Made by a program: the position numbers and the translations under genes | Assembly (NCBI GenBank): GCA_910584305.1 | Contig: CAJTZW010000001.1 | Span: 78,836-142,835 of the forward strand | Length of the DNA: 64,000 bases | Direction: 5' to 3' | DNA from: an uncultured Bacilli bacterium | GTDB lineage: Bacteria; Bacillota_I; Bacilli_A; RF39; UBA660 | Shown: one piece after another, positions 43,292 through 53,097 of the stretch | Numbering within the stretch: the stretch's first letter is position 1 | Layout of the letters: each line of letters begins with the position of its first letter | Notes under the pieces: generated by a model | Databases searched by the model: none | What the model saw: the letters and a program-made list of their open reading frames with translations, nothing else | Told to the model about the DNA's origin: nothing

Positions 43292-44851
43292 ATGCAAACA
43301 AGAAAAATGTATGAAAGAATAAGCTGGTATAAAAAGGAATATGTACATGAACAGTATTCTAGAATAGTTGAACATTTTAAAGATTATGATAAAATCACAA
43401 AAAAGAAAATGTTAGAAAATATATATAAAGTCTATAATGATTTTAATAATATTATAGATATTTGTACTACTAGAGAATTAAAGTATTTAAAAATGTTACT
43501 TGATAAAAGGAACAATCTGAAAGATTTATTAGATGATAAATATGAATGGGAAAGAAAGTTACTTAGAAATAAATTTTTAGTTCAAGATGATTATGATCAG
43601 GTGTTTATACCAGATGAGATAATTGATAAGGTAGAAATTGCGATAAAAAATGTTAATTGGAATATAACGAAAAAATTAGATGATTTAAATGAAATATTAG
43701 TAAGTTATTGTAAAATACAGGCATCAGCACTGCTTAATAGTGTTTGTTCTTTTGCATCAGGTATAACAGGCATAAATGAAAATTTAATTTGGAATCATAT
43801 GTTAAACAATAAATTATTTAATTATTATGTGTTAGTCTATACTAAAGATTTTGGAACGATTGGAAATGACATACCTGTTGCCTTATATCAAGATTATTAC
43901 TATATTGAAGAAGCGCTAGAAGAAGAAAGAAAAAAACAAGGTCTAGCAGGATCTCTACCAATAGATTTAAGAATTTATAAGACACTATTTTATAATGATT
44001 TTGATATTAATAATAAAAAAATAAAAAAGTTTTTGGATGAAATAAAAAAGCTACCATTTTTCTGGTTTTCGGCACTTGATGGTATTAGAGAATTTGCAGT
44101 ATTAAATATAGATAGGGCTCCTTTAAAGAAATCAATTGAAAGTGTTCCGGCTTTAAAAGATTATGATTTAACAGAGTTTTTTAAGATATTAGATGAAGCT
44201 ATGGATGAGATGCCTTCTGGGGCATTAAATGGATTTACTCCAAATCAGGCAAAACAATTAAAGATAGAAACAGAAAGACTTAAATATGAAAAGGGAAAAA
44301 AGTATACTGAACAACAAAACGCTTGTTTATCTAGAACGGATGCAAAACTCTTTTATAAAATCTATTTTGGGTTATTAGAATTTACTAACAACAAATATAA
44401 AATTAATACAAAATTAAAGGTATATAATAAATTAGGTATTAATCCTTATGAACTAAAAGATATAGTAGAAAAGTTTTGGGAAAATAAAGATGCTATTGTA
44501 CTAGAATTTTGCATGGGTAATCCATATAAATTTAATAAAGAAGAATTAAGTATTACTAGTGAATTTAAAAAAGGATTTAGAGATTTAGTAATAATTGCTA
44601 AATATGAAAAAGAATATACTGCCGTTATGAATAAAGATAAGACATATATGATTAAGGGATTAAATGATAATATAGATAATATTATTTCTTATCAAAAATT
44701 ACCTCAACCTGTAATGACATCTATTATTCCATTTAAAAATGTTTTAATTTATGATGGATTATTAATGGAATTAGGTATAAAGATGGGAAATGGTTTTGAG
44801 AAAGTGGTTTTAGAAGAATATTCTAAATCAATGAAATATTATCACTTATAA
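43292..44851 (+). CDS. hypothetical protein, 519 aa, no recognisable family
   Basis: A long ORF with an RBS (GTGAGG). It lies inside the defense-cargo region of the element. Confidence 0.5.
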   Translation: MQTRKMYERISWYKKEYVHEQYSRIVEHFKDYDKITKKKMLENIYKVYNDFNNIIDICTTRELKYLKMLLDKRNNLKDLLDDKYEWERKLLRNKFLVQDDYDQVFIPDEIIDKVEIAIKNVNWNITKKLDDLNEILVSYCKIQASALLNSVCSFASGITGINENLIWNHMLNNKLFNYYVLVYTKDFGTIGNDIPVALYQDYYYIEEALEEERKKQGLAGSLPIDLRIYKTLFYNDFDINNKKIKKFLDEIKKLPFFWFSALDGIREFAVLNIDRAPLKKSIESVPALKDYDLTEFFKILDEAMDEMPSGALNGFTPNQAKQLKIETERLKYEKGKKYTEQQNACLSRTDAKLFYKIYFGLLEFTNNKYKINTKLKVYNKLGINPYELKDIVEKFWENKDAIVLEFCMGNPYKFNKEELSITSEFKKGFRDLVIIAKYEKEYTAVMNKDKTYMIKGLNDNIDNIISYQKLPQPVMTSIIPFKNVLIYDGLLMELGIKMGNGFEKVVLEEYSKSMKYYHL

Positions 44852-44888
44852 TTCCATATGGAATATGTGATTCTAAAAGGCGGAAGGT

Positions 44889-44926
44889 TTCGTTACCATT
44901 GTTAGATTTAATTGGGTATTTAGGCA
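44889..44926 (+). repeat. 38-bp near-perfect direct copy (37/38) of the element's left-end sequence at 40887-40924
   Basis: GGTTTCGTTACCATTGTTAGATTTAATTGGGTATTTAG here against GGTTTAGTTACCATTGTTAGATTTAATTGGGTATTTAG there. The upstream bases even re-encode a GGRFRYHC* tail like the GGRGFSYHC* at the first junction. Confidence 0.8.
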
Positions 44927-45081
44927 ATCATATGTGAATTAAATAAAATGTACGATTAATCAAAAAAAATATTTTGAGGACAAGAATAGTCCTAAGATTA
45001 GATTTAAAGCACAAATTATCTGAAAATACTAAGAGAATATCTGAAAATGCTATAATTATAAGCAGTTAGGAGGTCTAAATT

Positions 45082-45930
45082 ATGAGTGAAAAAGAATTGG
45101 ATTCAAGCGTTAATAAATATGAAGAAGAATACAAACCTAATAACTATGTTAAACAATTACAATGGGATATGGCTATTGGACTTCAAGAAGTAGATAATTT
45201 AAAACCTTCTAAATATCTTAAAAAACTATTAGAAGAAAATGTCACTGGTGAGATGACTATAGAAGAAGTAGAAAAAGAGTTGAGAGAATATTATATTGAA
45301 AAGGAAAATAAAAATGAACTTAATCATAATGAACTAGAGTGTGATTTTGTATCTACCAGAATAGTTGAATTATTACAAGAGAATAAGTTTGAATTATCAG
45401 TAGATTATTTAAAATATGTTCATAAATATTTATTTCAAGATGTTTATGAATTTGCTGGTGAATTTAGAAAAATAGATTTTTCTAAACATGAGAAAATATT
45501 AAATAATGATTCAGTAGCTTATGGTGATTGTAATACCTTAACTGAATCATTAGAATATGATATATCTTTAGAAAAAGGAAAAAATTATAAAGAAATGAAT
45601 ATGGTTGGAGTTATTAACAATATTACTAAATTCTCATCTAGTATATGGCAAGTACATCCATTTAGAGAAGGTAATACTAGAACAACAGCTTTATTTATTG
45701 AAAAATATTTAATTAATTTAGGCTATAGTGTAGATAATAATTTATTTAAAGATAAATCAGTGTATTTTAGAAACGCATTAGTAAGAAGTAATTACTTTAA
45801 TAATTATTTAAATATAAAAGAAGATAGTAGTTATTTAGTTAAATTCTATGAAAACTTGTTATTAGGTAAAAACAACAATTTACATTCACAAGATTTAATT
45901 GTTAAAGAATTATTTGATAAGGGAGATTAA
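45082..45930 (+). CDS. Fic/DOC-family protein with a divergent active-site motif
   Basis: It has HPFREGNTRTT where the canonical Fic motif is HPFx(D/E)GNGRxxR. Confidence 0.6.
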   Translation: MSEKELDSSVNKYEEEYKPNNYVKQLQWDMAIGLQEVDNLKPSKYLKKLLEENVTGEMTIEEVEKELREYYIEKENKNELNHNELECDFVSTRIVELLQENKFELSVDYLKYVHKYLFQDVYEFAGEFRKIDFSKHEKILNNDSVAYGDCNTLTESLEYDISLEKGKNYKEMNMVGVINNITKFSSSIWQVHPFREGNTRTTALFIEKYLINLGYSVDNNLFKDKSVYFRNALVRSNYFNNYLNIKEDSSYLVKFYENLLLGKNNNLHSQDLIVKELFDKGD

Positions 45931-46127
45931 TCGTTAGCTCTTAGTCTTGCTTTTGATATATGGGAGTTATGCAAGGAAATAATCAAATTATTTATAGATG
46001 GAGTCTATTTTAGGATAAAACTCCATCTTTTTATTTATTTTAGAAATGAATTTAGTACCAAAGCCCAAAAATTGTCAATTTTTGTGATATAATTTTGTAT
46101 ATAAGTGGCTTTGGAGGTAAGTGAAGT

Positions 46128-47624
46128 ATGAATGATAATGAATTAAAGAGTATCGAAGATAAATTATGGGCTTCAGCGGATAAGATGAGAGGTGCTGTTT
46201 CAGTATCTGATTATAAGTTTATTGTTTTAGGTTTAATATTCTTAAAATATATATCTGACTCTTTTGAAGAAAGATATAAAGAATTAATCGAAGAAGGATA
46301 TGGCTTAGAAGAAGAGAAAGATAGCTATACTGAGAAGAATATCTTCTATGTTCCTAAAAATGCTAGATGGAGTTATCTTGTTGAGCATTCTAAAGATGAG
46401 AATATTGGGGAGGTTATTGATGATGCTCTTACTCTAATTGAAAAGGACAATTCATCACTTAGGAATGTTTTACCTAAAGACTATAATAGTCCTACTATGA
46501 GAAATGTTAACTTAGGAGAATTGATAGATTTATTTACTAATATTAAGGTGGGAACTAAAGATGCCATTGAAAAAGATATACTTGGAAGAATATATGAGTA
46601 TTTCTTAGGTCAGTTTGCTAAGAATGAGTTACAAAAAGGTGGAGAGTTCTATACACCTGCTTGTTTAGTTAGAACAATGGTTGAATGTATTGAACCATAC
46701 GAAGGCAGAGTTTATGATCCTGCATGTGGCTCTGGTGGTATGTTTATTCAATCATTGAAGTTTGTTCAAGAACATCAAGGAAATATTAATAATATTGGTA
46801 TTTATGGACAAGAGAAGAACCCTACTACTTGGAGACTTGCTAAGATGAATCTGGCTATTCGTTCTTTAAATGGTAATTTGGGTAAATATGCTGCTGATAC
46901 TTTTACTGAAGATTTGCATAAAGACTTGAAAGTTGACTTTGTTTTAGCTAATCCACCATTCAATTTGGAATGGGATGTTGATAAGGTTTCTAAGGATCCT
47001 AGATGGAGATATGGTTTAGCCCCAAAGAATAATGCTAACTATGCTTGGTTACAGCATATGATTTCTAAGTTATCACAAAATGGTAAGATGGCTTGTATTT
47101 TAGCTAATGGTTCTTTATCTGCTGGTGGACAAGAAGGAGAGATTAGAAAGAAACTGTTAGAGAATGATCTTGTTGATTGTATTCTATCAATGCCTTCTAA
47201 CCTATTCTATACGGTTACTGTTCCTTGTTCTATTTGGATTATTAATAGAAATAAGAAACAAAAAGGACATACTTTATTTATCAATGCTAGTAATATGGGA
47301 ACAATGGTTACTAGAAAATTAAGAGAACTATCTAAAGAAGATATACTTAAGATAGCTGATACTTATCATAGTTATCAAAACGATACTAATTATGAAGATG
47401 TATTAGGATATTGTAAGAAAGCTACATTAGAAGAAATTCAAGCAAATGACTGTGTATTGACTCCTGGTAGATATGTAGGAATAGAAGAACAAGAAGATGA
47501 TGGTGTTCCTTTTGAAGAGAAGATGGCAAGATTGACACGAGAACTATCTAAACAATTTGAAGAGTCTCATAAGTTAGAAGAAGAGATTAAGAAAAACTTG
47601 GGGGCTATTGGATATGGAATTTAA
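46128..47624 (+). CDS. hsdM: type I restriction-modification system methyltransferase subunit HsdM
   Basis: It has the N6-adenine MTase motif IV NPPF (LANPPFNL) and motif I VYDPACGSGGM. HsdS and HsdR follow. Confidence 0.9.
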   Translation: MNDNELKSIEDKLWASADKMRGAVSVSDYKFIVLGLIFLKYISDSFEERYKELIEEGYGLEEEKDSYTEKNIFYVPKNARWSYLVEHSKDENIGEVIDDALTLIEKDNSSLRNVLPKDYNSPTMRNVNLGELIDLFTNIKVGTKDAIEKDILGRIYEYFLGQFAKNELQKGGEFYTPACLVRTMVECIEPYEGRVYDPACGSGGMFIQSLKFVQEHQGNINNIGIYGQEKNPTTWRLAKMNLAIRSLNGNLGKYAADTFTEDLHKDLKVDFVLANPPFNLEWDVDKVSKDPRWRYGLAPKNNANYAWLQHMISKLSQNGKMACILANGSLSAGGQEGEIRKKLLENDLVDCILSMPSNLFYTVTVPCSIWIINRNKKQKGHTLFINASNMGTMVTRKLRELSKEDILKIADTYHSYQNDTNYEDVLGYCKKATLEEIQANDCVLTPGRYVGIEEQEDDGVPFEEKMARLTRELSKQFEESHKLEEEIKKNLGAIGYGI

Positions 47625-48777
47625 GAAAGCTAAGTTATATGAAATTGGTGAAGTTGTTGGAGGATCTACACCTTCAACAAAGAAACCAGAATACTATGAT
47701 GGTGATATGCCATGGATTACTCCTAAAGATTTAGCTGGATATACAAGTATGTACATTTCTAAGGGAGAAAGGAATATTACAAGAGAAGGATTTGATAGTT
47801 GCTCTACTAAAATGCTACCTAAGAATAGTATCTTGTTTTCATCAAGAGCCCCAATTGGATATGTTGCTATAGCAGAAAATGAATTATGCACAAATCAAGG
47901 TTTCAAATCAGTAATACCTAATAATGATATCGATTACTTATTTCTGTATTATTTGTTAAAGAATAATAAGGATTATATTGCATCTCTAGGTAGTGGTTCA
48001 ACGTTTAAGGAAGTATCTGGAAGTGTAATGAGGGATATTGAATTTGATATTCCAGTTAGTAGGGATGACCAAATTAAGATATCAAAAGTGCTATACTCTA
48101 TTGATTGTAAGATTGAATTGAATAATCAGATAAATAATAATTTGTTAGAGTTAGGGCAGCAATTATTATTACAAGATTTGAATGATGAGAAAAGCCAAAT
48201 ATATAAAATGGACGAAATATTTTATCATATATCTCCAGGTACCAATTATCAACCAGAAAGAGTATCTGAGGGTCTTCCTTTTCTAAATGTAAAAAATATA
48301 AATAATGGATATATCGATTGTAGTGACTCTAAATTTATATCTTTGGATGATTATAATAAAGTACATAAAACGTGGAAACCAGAGGAGAATGATTTGCTCA
48401 TTTCAAGAATTGGAACTTTAGGATTAGTTGCTGTAATACGAAAGGAAGATTTGCCATTAGCAGTACATTATAATTTTTTAGATTTGAAAACAAACAAGAT
48501 TCCTTTTGAATTTGGATACTTTCTTTTAAAATCAGATTATTTCCAACAAAAGTATAAGTTTAATATTAAAAATTCTGTTCAAGAGTACGTTACAGTAGAT
48601 GATATTAGAAAAATTGAAGTTAGAATACCTTGTGCTGATAGTTTAAAAAAGTATAAAACTATATATGATAAAATACTTAATATACAGAGGGAGAGCAGAA
48701 CATTAGAGCAACTACGAGATACACTACTACCAAAGTTAATGAATGGTGAAATAGACCTAGAAAACATAGAAATTTAG
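47608..48777 (+). CDS. hsdS: type I restriction-modification system specificity subunit HsdS
   Basis: Two target-recognition domains with conserved central and C-terminal coiled repeats. It overlaps the hsdM stop. Confidence 0.85.
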   Translation: MDMEFKKAKLYEIGEVVGGSTPSTKKPEYYDGDMPWITPKDLAGYTSMYISKGERNITREGFDSCSTKMLPKNSILFSSRAPIGYVAIAENELCTNQGFKSVIPNNDIDYLFLYYLLKNNKDYIASLGSGSTFKEVSGSVMRDIEFDIPVSRDDQIKISKVLYSIDCKIELNNQINNNLLELGQQLLLQDLNDEKSQIYKMDEIFYHISPGTNYQPERVSEGLPFLNVKNINNGYIDCSDSKFISLDDYNKVHKTWKPEENDLLISRIGTLGLVAVIRKEDLPLAVHYNFLDLKTNKIPFEFGYFLLKSDYFQQKYKFNIKNSVQEYVTVDDIRKIEVRIPCADSLKKYKTIYDKILNIQRESRTLEQLRDTLLPKLMNGEIDLENIEI

Positions 48778-48807
48778 TCATACAAATAGTTATTTATAGG
48801 AGAACAT

Positions 48808-49650
48808 ATGAATATTAATGATTATTCTTATAAGTTTAATGAAAATATAAATAGGATTTCTAAATCAGATGCTAAAAACATAGTTGATTTAACAATAAAA
48901 AATTATGCGATATATAATTCTTATTTTGTTGAATTGCAAGAAATGCTATCAACTGATGGTAATAAATTGAATATTAAATTAAATGCTTTAAATTTTCTTT
49001 CAATGCACTCAACTTTTATGTTTAATAGTTTTATAAATGATCTAATTTCTAATAATTATTTTTCCACCAAAATCAATTTAAGAGTCATCATTGAATTTTA
49101 CTTTAAATATTTATTTTTGTTATATAGTGATGATTATGTATCAGAATTATATTTAAATTTTAATGATATTTATTTATATAACTTATCTATGAAGTTTAGT
49201 AATATATTAAAAATGAAAAAAAACGAACAAGCAAAATTAAAAAGTAACTATGAAAAAATAATAAAAAAATATAATTTAAGTAATAATGTAAAAGAAGATT
49301 ATTGGGTTAAATTAGCTCTTGAACATAATACCGGAAACAAGAATAATAAAAGTATTCAAAGTATTATAGGATGGTTAAAAGATAATAAAATGATTGAAGA
49401 CGCGATTATTATTTCATATGAGGATAATTGTGATTATAATCATTGTGGAATAGGGTCACTTAATTATCAACAATTAATTGCTTTATATGATTCTCAGAAT
49501 AAGTTTTATGATATGTATCAACCTATATTGAGTGAATTTAATTATATATTATTCAATATTGTCAATAAATTTATGAAAAAATATAAAGAATATTCCAATC
49601 AAGAAGTTATTGAGGTTATGTTAAATAATATGAATGATATTTTAAAATAA
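48808..49650 (+). CDS. hypothetical protein (280 aa) embedded between hsdS and hsdR
   Basis: An ORF with an RBS (AGGAGAA). It is AT-rich and Asn/Tyr-rich, and no family was recognised. Confidence 0.45.
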   Translation: MNINDYSYKFNENINRISKSDAKNIVDLTIKNYAIYNSYFVELQEMLSTDGNKLNIKLNALNFLSMHSTFMFNSFINDLISNNYFSTKINLRVIIEFYFKYLFLLYSDDYVSELYLNFNDIYLYNLSMKFSNILKMKKNEQAKLKSNYEKIIKKYNLSNNVKEDYWVKLALEHNTGNKNNKSIQSIIGWLKDNKMIEDAIIISYEDNCDYNHCGIGSLNYQQLIALYDSQNKFYDMYQPILSEFNYILFNIVNKFMKKYKEYSNQEVIEVMLNNMNDILK

Positions 49651-49654
49651 GGAA

Positions 49655-52600
49655 GTGATAACAATGTTCAATGAAGAACAATTAGAAGATATGACAATGT
49701 CGTTACTACACGACTTAGGTTATGATTGTAAAAATGGATATGATATTGAAAGAGATTATCATAGTGTTTTTAATGAAGATAGCTTATTTGATGATCTAGC
49801 TAATATCAATAGAGATTTTACTGATGATCAGATTAATGAAGCTATTCGCATTATTAAGAATCTTAATCAAAGTAATGTAGTTGAAGATAATAAGGAATTT
49901 ACCAAATATTTATTACAAGGTGTTCCTGTAGAGGTTAAGACTAGCTCAGGTTATGTATTCAAGAATGTTAAGTTGATTGATTTTGATAATATAGATAATA
50001 ATCACTTCCAAGCTATTAATCAATTTACTATAGTTGAATTTGAACAAAAAAGACCTGATATAATTATTTTTGTTAATAGTATTCCTTTAGTAGTTATTGA
50101 GTTGAAGACTGCTACTAATGAAGATGTTAAGTTAGAAGATGGGTATCTTCAATTACACAAGTATAGAGAAATCTCTATACCTACACTATTTAGATATAAT
50201 CAGTTCCTAATTGTTAGTGACGGTGTTACTGCTAAGGCAGGAACTATTACTAGTCCATGGAGTAGATTTAGTGATTGGAAGAAGATAGAGGATACTGATT
50301 TAGTTACTGAGAATATGCCAACGCATGAAACACTGTTCAAAGGAATGCTAAGAAAAGATAGATTGTTAGATTTAATTGGTAATTATGTTCTTTATAGTAG
50401 TGATTCAAAGATACTTGCCGGATATCATCAATATTTTGGGGTTAAGAAAGCAATTACTTCAACTGTTACTAATGGTGCTAAAACTGGTAAAGCTGGAATA
50501 CTTTGGCATACTCAAGGATCTGGCAAATCTTTCTCTATGGTATTCTATACTGGTAATATGATTAGGATACTATCTAATCCTACCATTGTCGTTGTTACTG
50601 ATAGAAATGATTTAGATAATCAATTATATGAGACTTTCTATAAATGTTCTGATTATTTGAAGCAAAAGCCAGTACAAGCTGATAATCGAGGCGATTTAAA
50701 AGAACTACTTAAGGATAGAGTTGCTGGCGGAATATTCTTTACTACGCTACAAAAGTTTGAAGAAGAATCGGGTTTATTCTCCGATAGAGATGATATTTTA
50801 GTTTTAGTTGATGAAGCCCATAGAAGTCATTATGGTCTAGAGGCATCAATGAAACTTAATTTAGAAACTATGGAAGCTTATAAAAAATATGGAACTGCTA
50901 AATATTTACATGATGCACTTCCTAATGCTATCTATATAGGATTTACAGGAACACCTGTAGAGACTAAAGATAGATCAACTTCTTCTATATTTGGAGATGT
51001 CATTGATACTTATGATATGACGCAAGCTATACTTGATGGGGCTACTGTTCCGATTATGTATGAATCAAGAATGGCTAGAGTTGGACTTAATCAGAAGATA
51101 CTTGATGAGATTGATAATTATTATAAGTTTGTTGAAGAGTCAGGAGTAGCTGATGATTCAGCAATTAACAAATCTAAACAAATGATGGCTCGTATTTCAC
51201 AAGTTATAGAGGATCCTGATAGATTAGAGTTGATTGTTAAAGATATTATTAATCATTATGGAGAACGAAAGAATATGACAGCTAATCGTGCTATGGTTGT
51301 TGCTTATTCTAGAAAGAGTGCTTATACGATGTATAAGAAGTTCTTAGAGTTACGACCTGATTATGAGGATGTTGTTAATATGATTATTACACCTAGTAAT
51401 AAAGATTCTGAAGAGATGCAACACGCTATAGGTACTAAGAGTGATAAGAAAGAACTTGAAAGAAAATTTAAGAGTGAGGATTCTAATGAGAAGTTTAGAA
51501 TTGCCATTGTCGTAGATATGTGGCTTACTGGATTTGATGTTCCTTCACTTGGTACGATGTATATTGATAAGCCTATGAAAGCCCATAACCTAATGCAAGC
51601 TATTGCAAGGGTTAATCGTGTTTATAAAGATAAGACTGGTGGTCTTATAGTAGATTATATTGGATTAAAAGGTTGGTTATTAGATGCACTTAAAACTTAT
51701 ACGACAAGGGATCAAAATAAGATTGTTGATAATGAGGAATTAGTTAATGCTTTACTCGATAAGTTAGAAGTTATTGATAACATGTTTAATGGTTTTGATT
51801 ATTCTAATTTTAAAGGGTTAGATAATACTGGTAAGTATGGATTAATTAGAGATGCTGCTAATATAATGTTATCTTCTGAAGATTCAAAAAGAAGATATAT
51901 GAAGCATAGCCAAGATGTTAAGAATCTATATACTTTATGTAATGGTATATTAAATGATTCTGTTAAGGATAAGTGTTTGTTTATTATTTCAGTTAAGTCA
52001 TTTATTTCTAAGATTACTAATACTGGTAAGTTGGATGTTACAGAGATTAATTCTACTGTTGGTAGAATGCTAGAAGAATCAATTATTGAAGATGAACTAA
52101 TTAATCTTGGGGAATTAACAAGAGGTAACAGTTTAGAATTGCTTAGTGATACTATGTTAAGTAAGTTAAGAACTATGAAAGATAAGAATGTTGTGGCCGA
52201 AGTATTATCAAGAGCTCTTAGGACTACTATTAGTGATATTGGAAAGATGAATTTAACATTGCAAGAAAAATTTTCTACTAAGTTTAACAAGATAGTTGAT
52301 ATGTATAATGAGAGAACAGATCTTGCTGATATTGAGAAGATTATTGAAGAAATGATTATGCTTAAGAAGGAAATTGAAGAAGAATTTGCTAGCGGTAATG
52401 AGTATGATTTATCCCCTGAAGAGAAAGCTTTCTTTGATGCTTTGGGTGCTGATCCTGAGATTAAGGAGTTAATGCAAGATGATACATTGGTTCGGATTGC
52501 TAAGGAATTAGTTGAGTTGATTAATGAAAATCTTACATTGGATGCATTTAAGAGGGAGGATGCTAGAGCAAGAATAAGAAGTAATATTAGAAGATTGCTT

Positions 52601-52693
52601 ATTAAGTATAACTATCCACCAATTAAACGTGAAGGTGCTGTAGATAAAGTTATTAAGCAAGCCGAACTTAAATATCAGAATTCAGAGATGTAG
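49655..52693 (+). CDS. hsdR: type I restriction-modification system endonuclease/helicase subunit HsdR
   Basis: It has an N-terminal nuclease region, helicase motifs (Walker A GSGKS, DEAH as VDEAHRS) and a C-terminal domain. It is 1012 aa long. Confidence 0.9.
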   Translation: MITMFNEEQLEDMTMSLLHDLGYDCKNGYDIERDYHSVFNEDSLFDDLANINRDFTDDQINEAIRIIKNLNQSNVVEDNKEFTKYLLQGVPVEVKTSSGYVFKNVKLIDFDNIDNNHFQAINQFTIVEFEQKRPDIIIFVNSIPLVVIELKTATNEDVKLEDGYLQLHKYREISIPTLFRYNQFLIVSDGVTAKAGTITSPWSRFSDWKKIEDTDLVTENMPTHETLFKGMLRKDRLLDLIGNYVLYSSDSKILAGYHQYFGVKKAITSTVTNGAKTGKAGILWHTQGSGKSFSMVFYTGNMIRILSNPTIVVVTDRNDLDNQLYETFYKCSDYLKQKPVQADNRGDLKELLKDRVAGGIFFTTLQKFEEESGLFSDRDDILVLVDEAHRSHYGLEASMKLNLETMEAYKKYGTAKYLHDALPNAIYIGFTGTPVETKDRSTSSIFGDVIDTYDMTQAILDGATVPIMYESRMARVGLNQKILDEIDNYYKFVEESGVADDSAINKSKQMMARISQVIEDPDRLELIVKDIINHYGERKNMTANRAMVVAYSRKSAYTMYKKFLELRPDYEDVVNMIITPSNKDSEEMQHAIGTKSDKKELERKFKSEDSNEKFRIAIVVDMWLTGFDVPSLGTMYIDKPMKAHNLMQAIARVNRVYKDKTGGLIVDYIGLKGWLLDALKTYTTRDQNKIVDNEELVNALLDKLEVIDNMFNGFDYSNFKGLDNTGKYGLIRDAANIMLSSEDSKRRYMKHSQDVKNLYTLCNGILNDSVKDKCLFIISVKSFISKITNTGKLDVTEINSTVGRMLEESIIEDELINLGELTRGNSLELLSDTMLSKLRTMKDKNVVAEVLSRALRTTISDIGKMNLTLQEKFSTKFNKIVDMYNERTDLADIEKIIEEMIMLKKEIEEEFASGNEYDLSPEEKAFFDALGADPEIKELMQDDTLVRIAKELVELINENLTLDAFKREDARARIRSNIRRLLIKYNYPPIKREGAVDKVIKQAELKYQNSEM

Positions 52694-53097
52694 TCAATAT
52701 ATTAATAGGGGAAAGATATTAAAAATAACAACATAAAAGAAAAAAGGGGAATTAAATTATTGACTATAATAAATGAGTGATAGAATATAGTAAAATAGCA
52801 ATGTTTATGAGAAGACTTAGGTTTTCTTTTTTCTTTTTTAAAGGAGATGATGTTTATGATAAATGTACGAAAAAATATCAATAATAAATAATTTAAACAT
52901 AAATTTAAATAGGTGGTTTAATAATGGAGGAAGCAATCACGAATAAAATTTCATTTAAAGATCTTATTTTAAAATATCTGATTGAAGAGATAATAAAGGA
53001 AGAAAAAGGGGATTCATCCAATTAATGATTTGCAAATCTAATAAGATGATGCTATCATGGATGAGTCTTAATACCCGATTAATAGAAGGAGGTAAAA

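Noticed and set aside
51799-52290. A 163-aa minus-strand ORF inside hsdR, and 50376-50561 +
   Set aside because: They lie inside the hsdR coding region, are low complexity and have no RBS.
52694-53097. Tiny ORFs (17-33 aa) in the hsdR-recombinase intergenic region
   Set aside because: There is no conservation signal or convincing RBS. The region is more likely regulatory and may contain the recombinase promoter.
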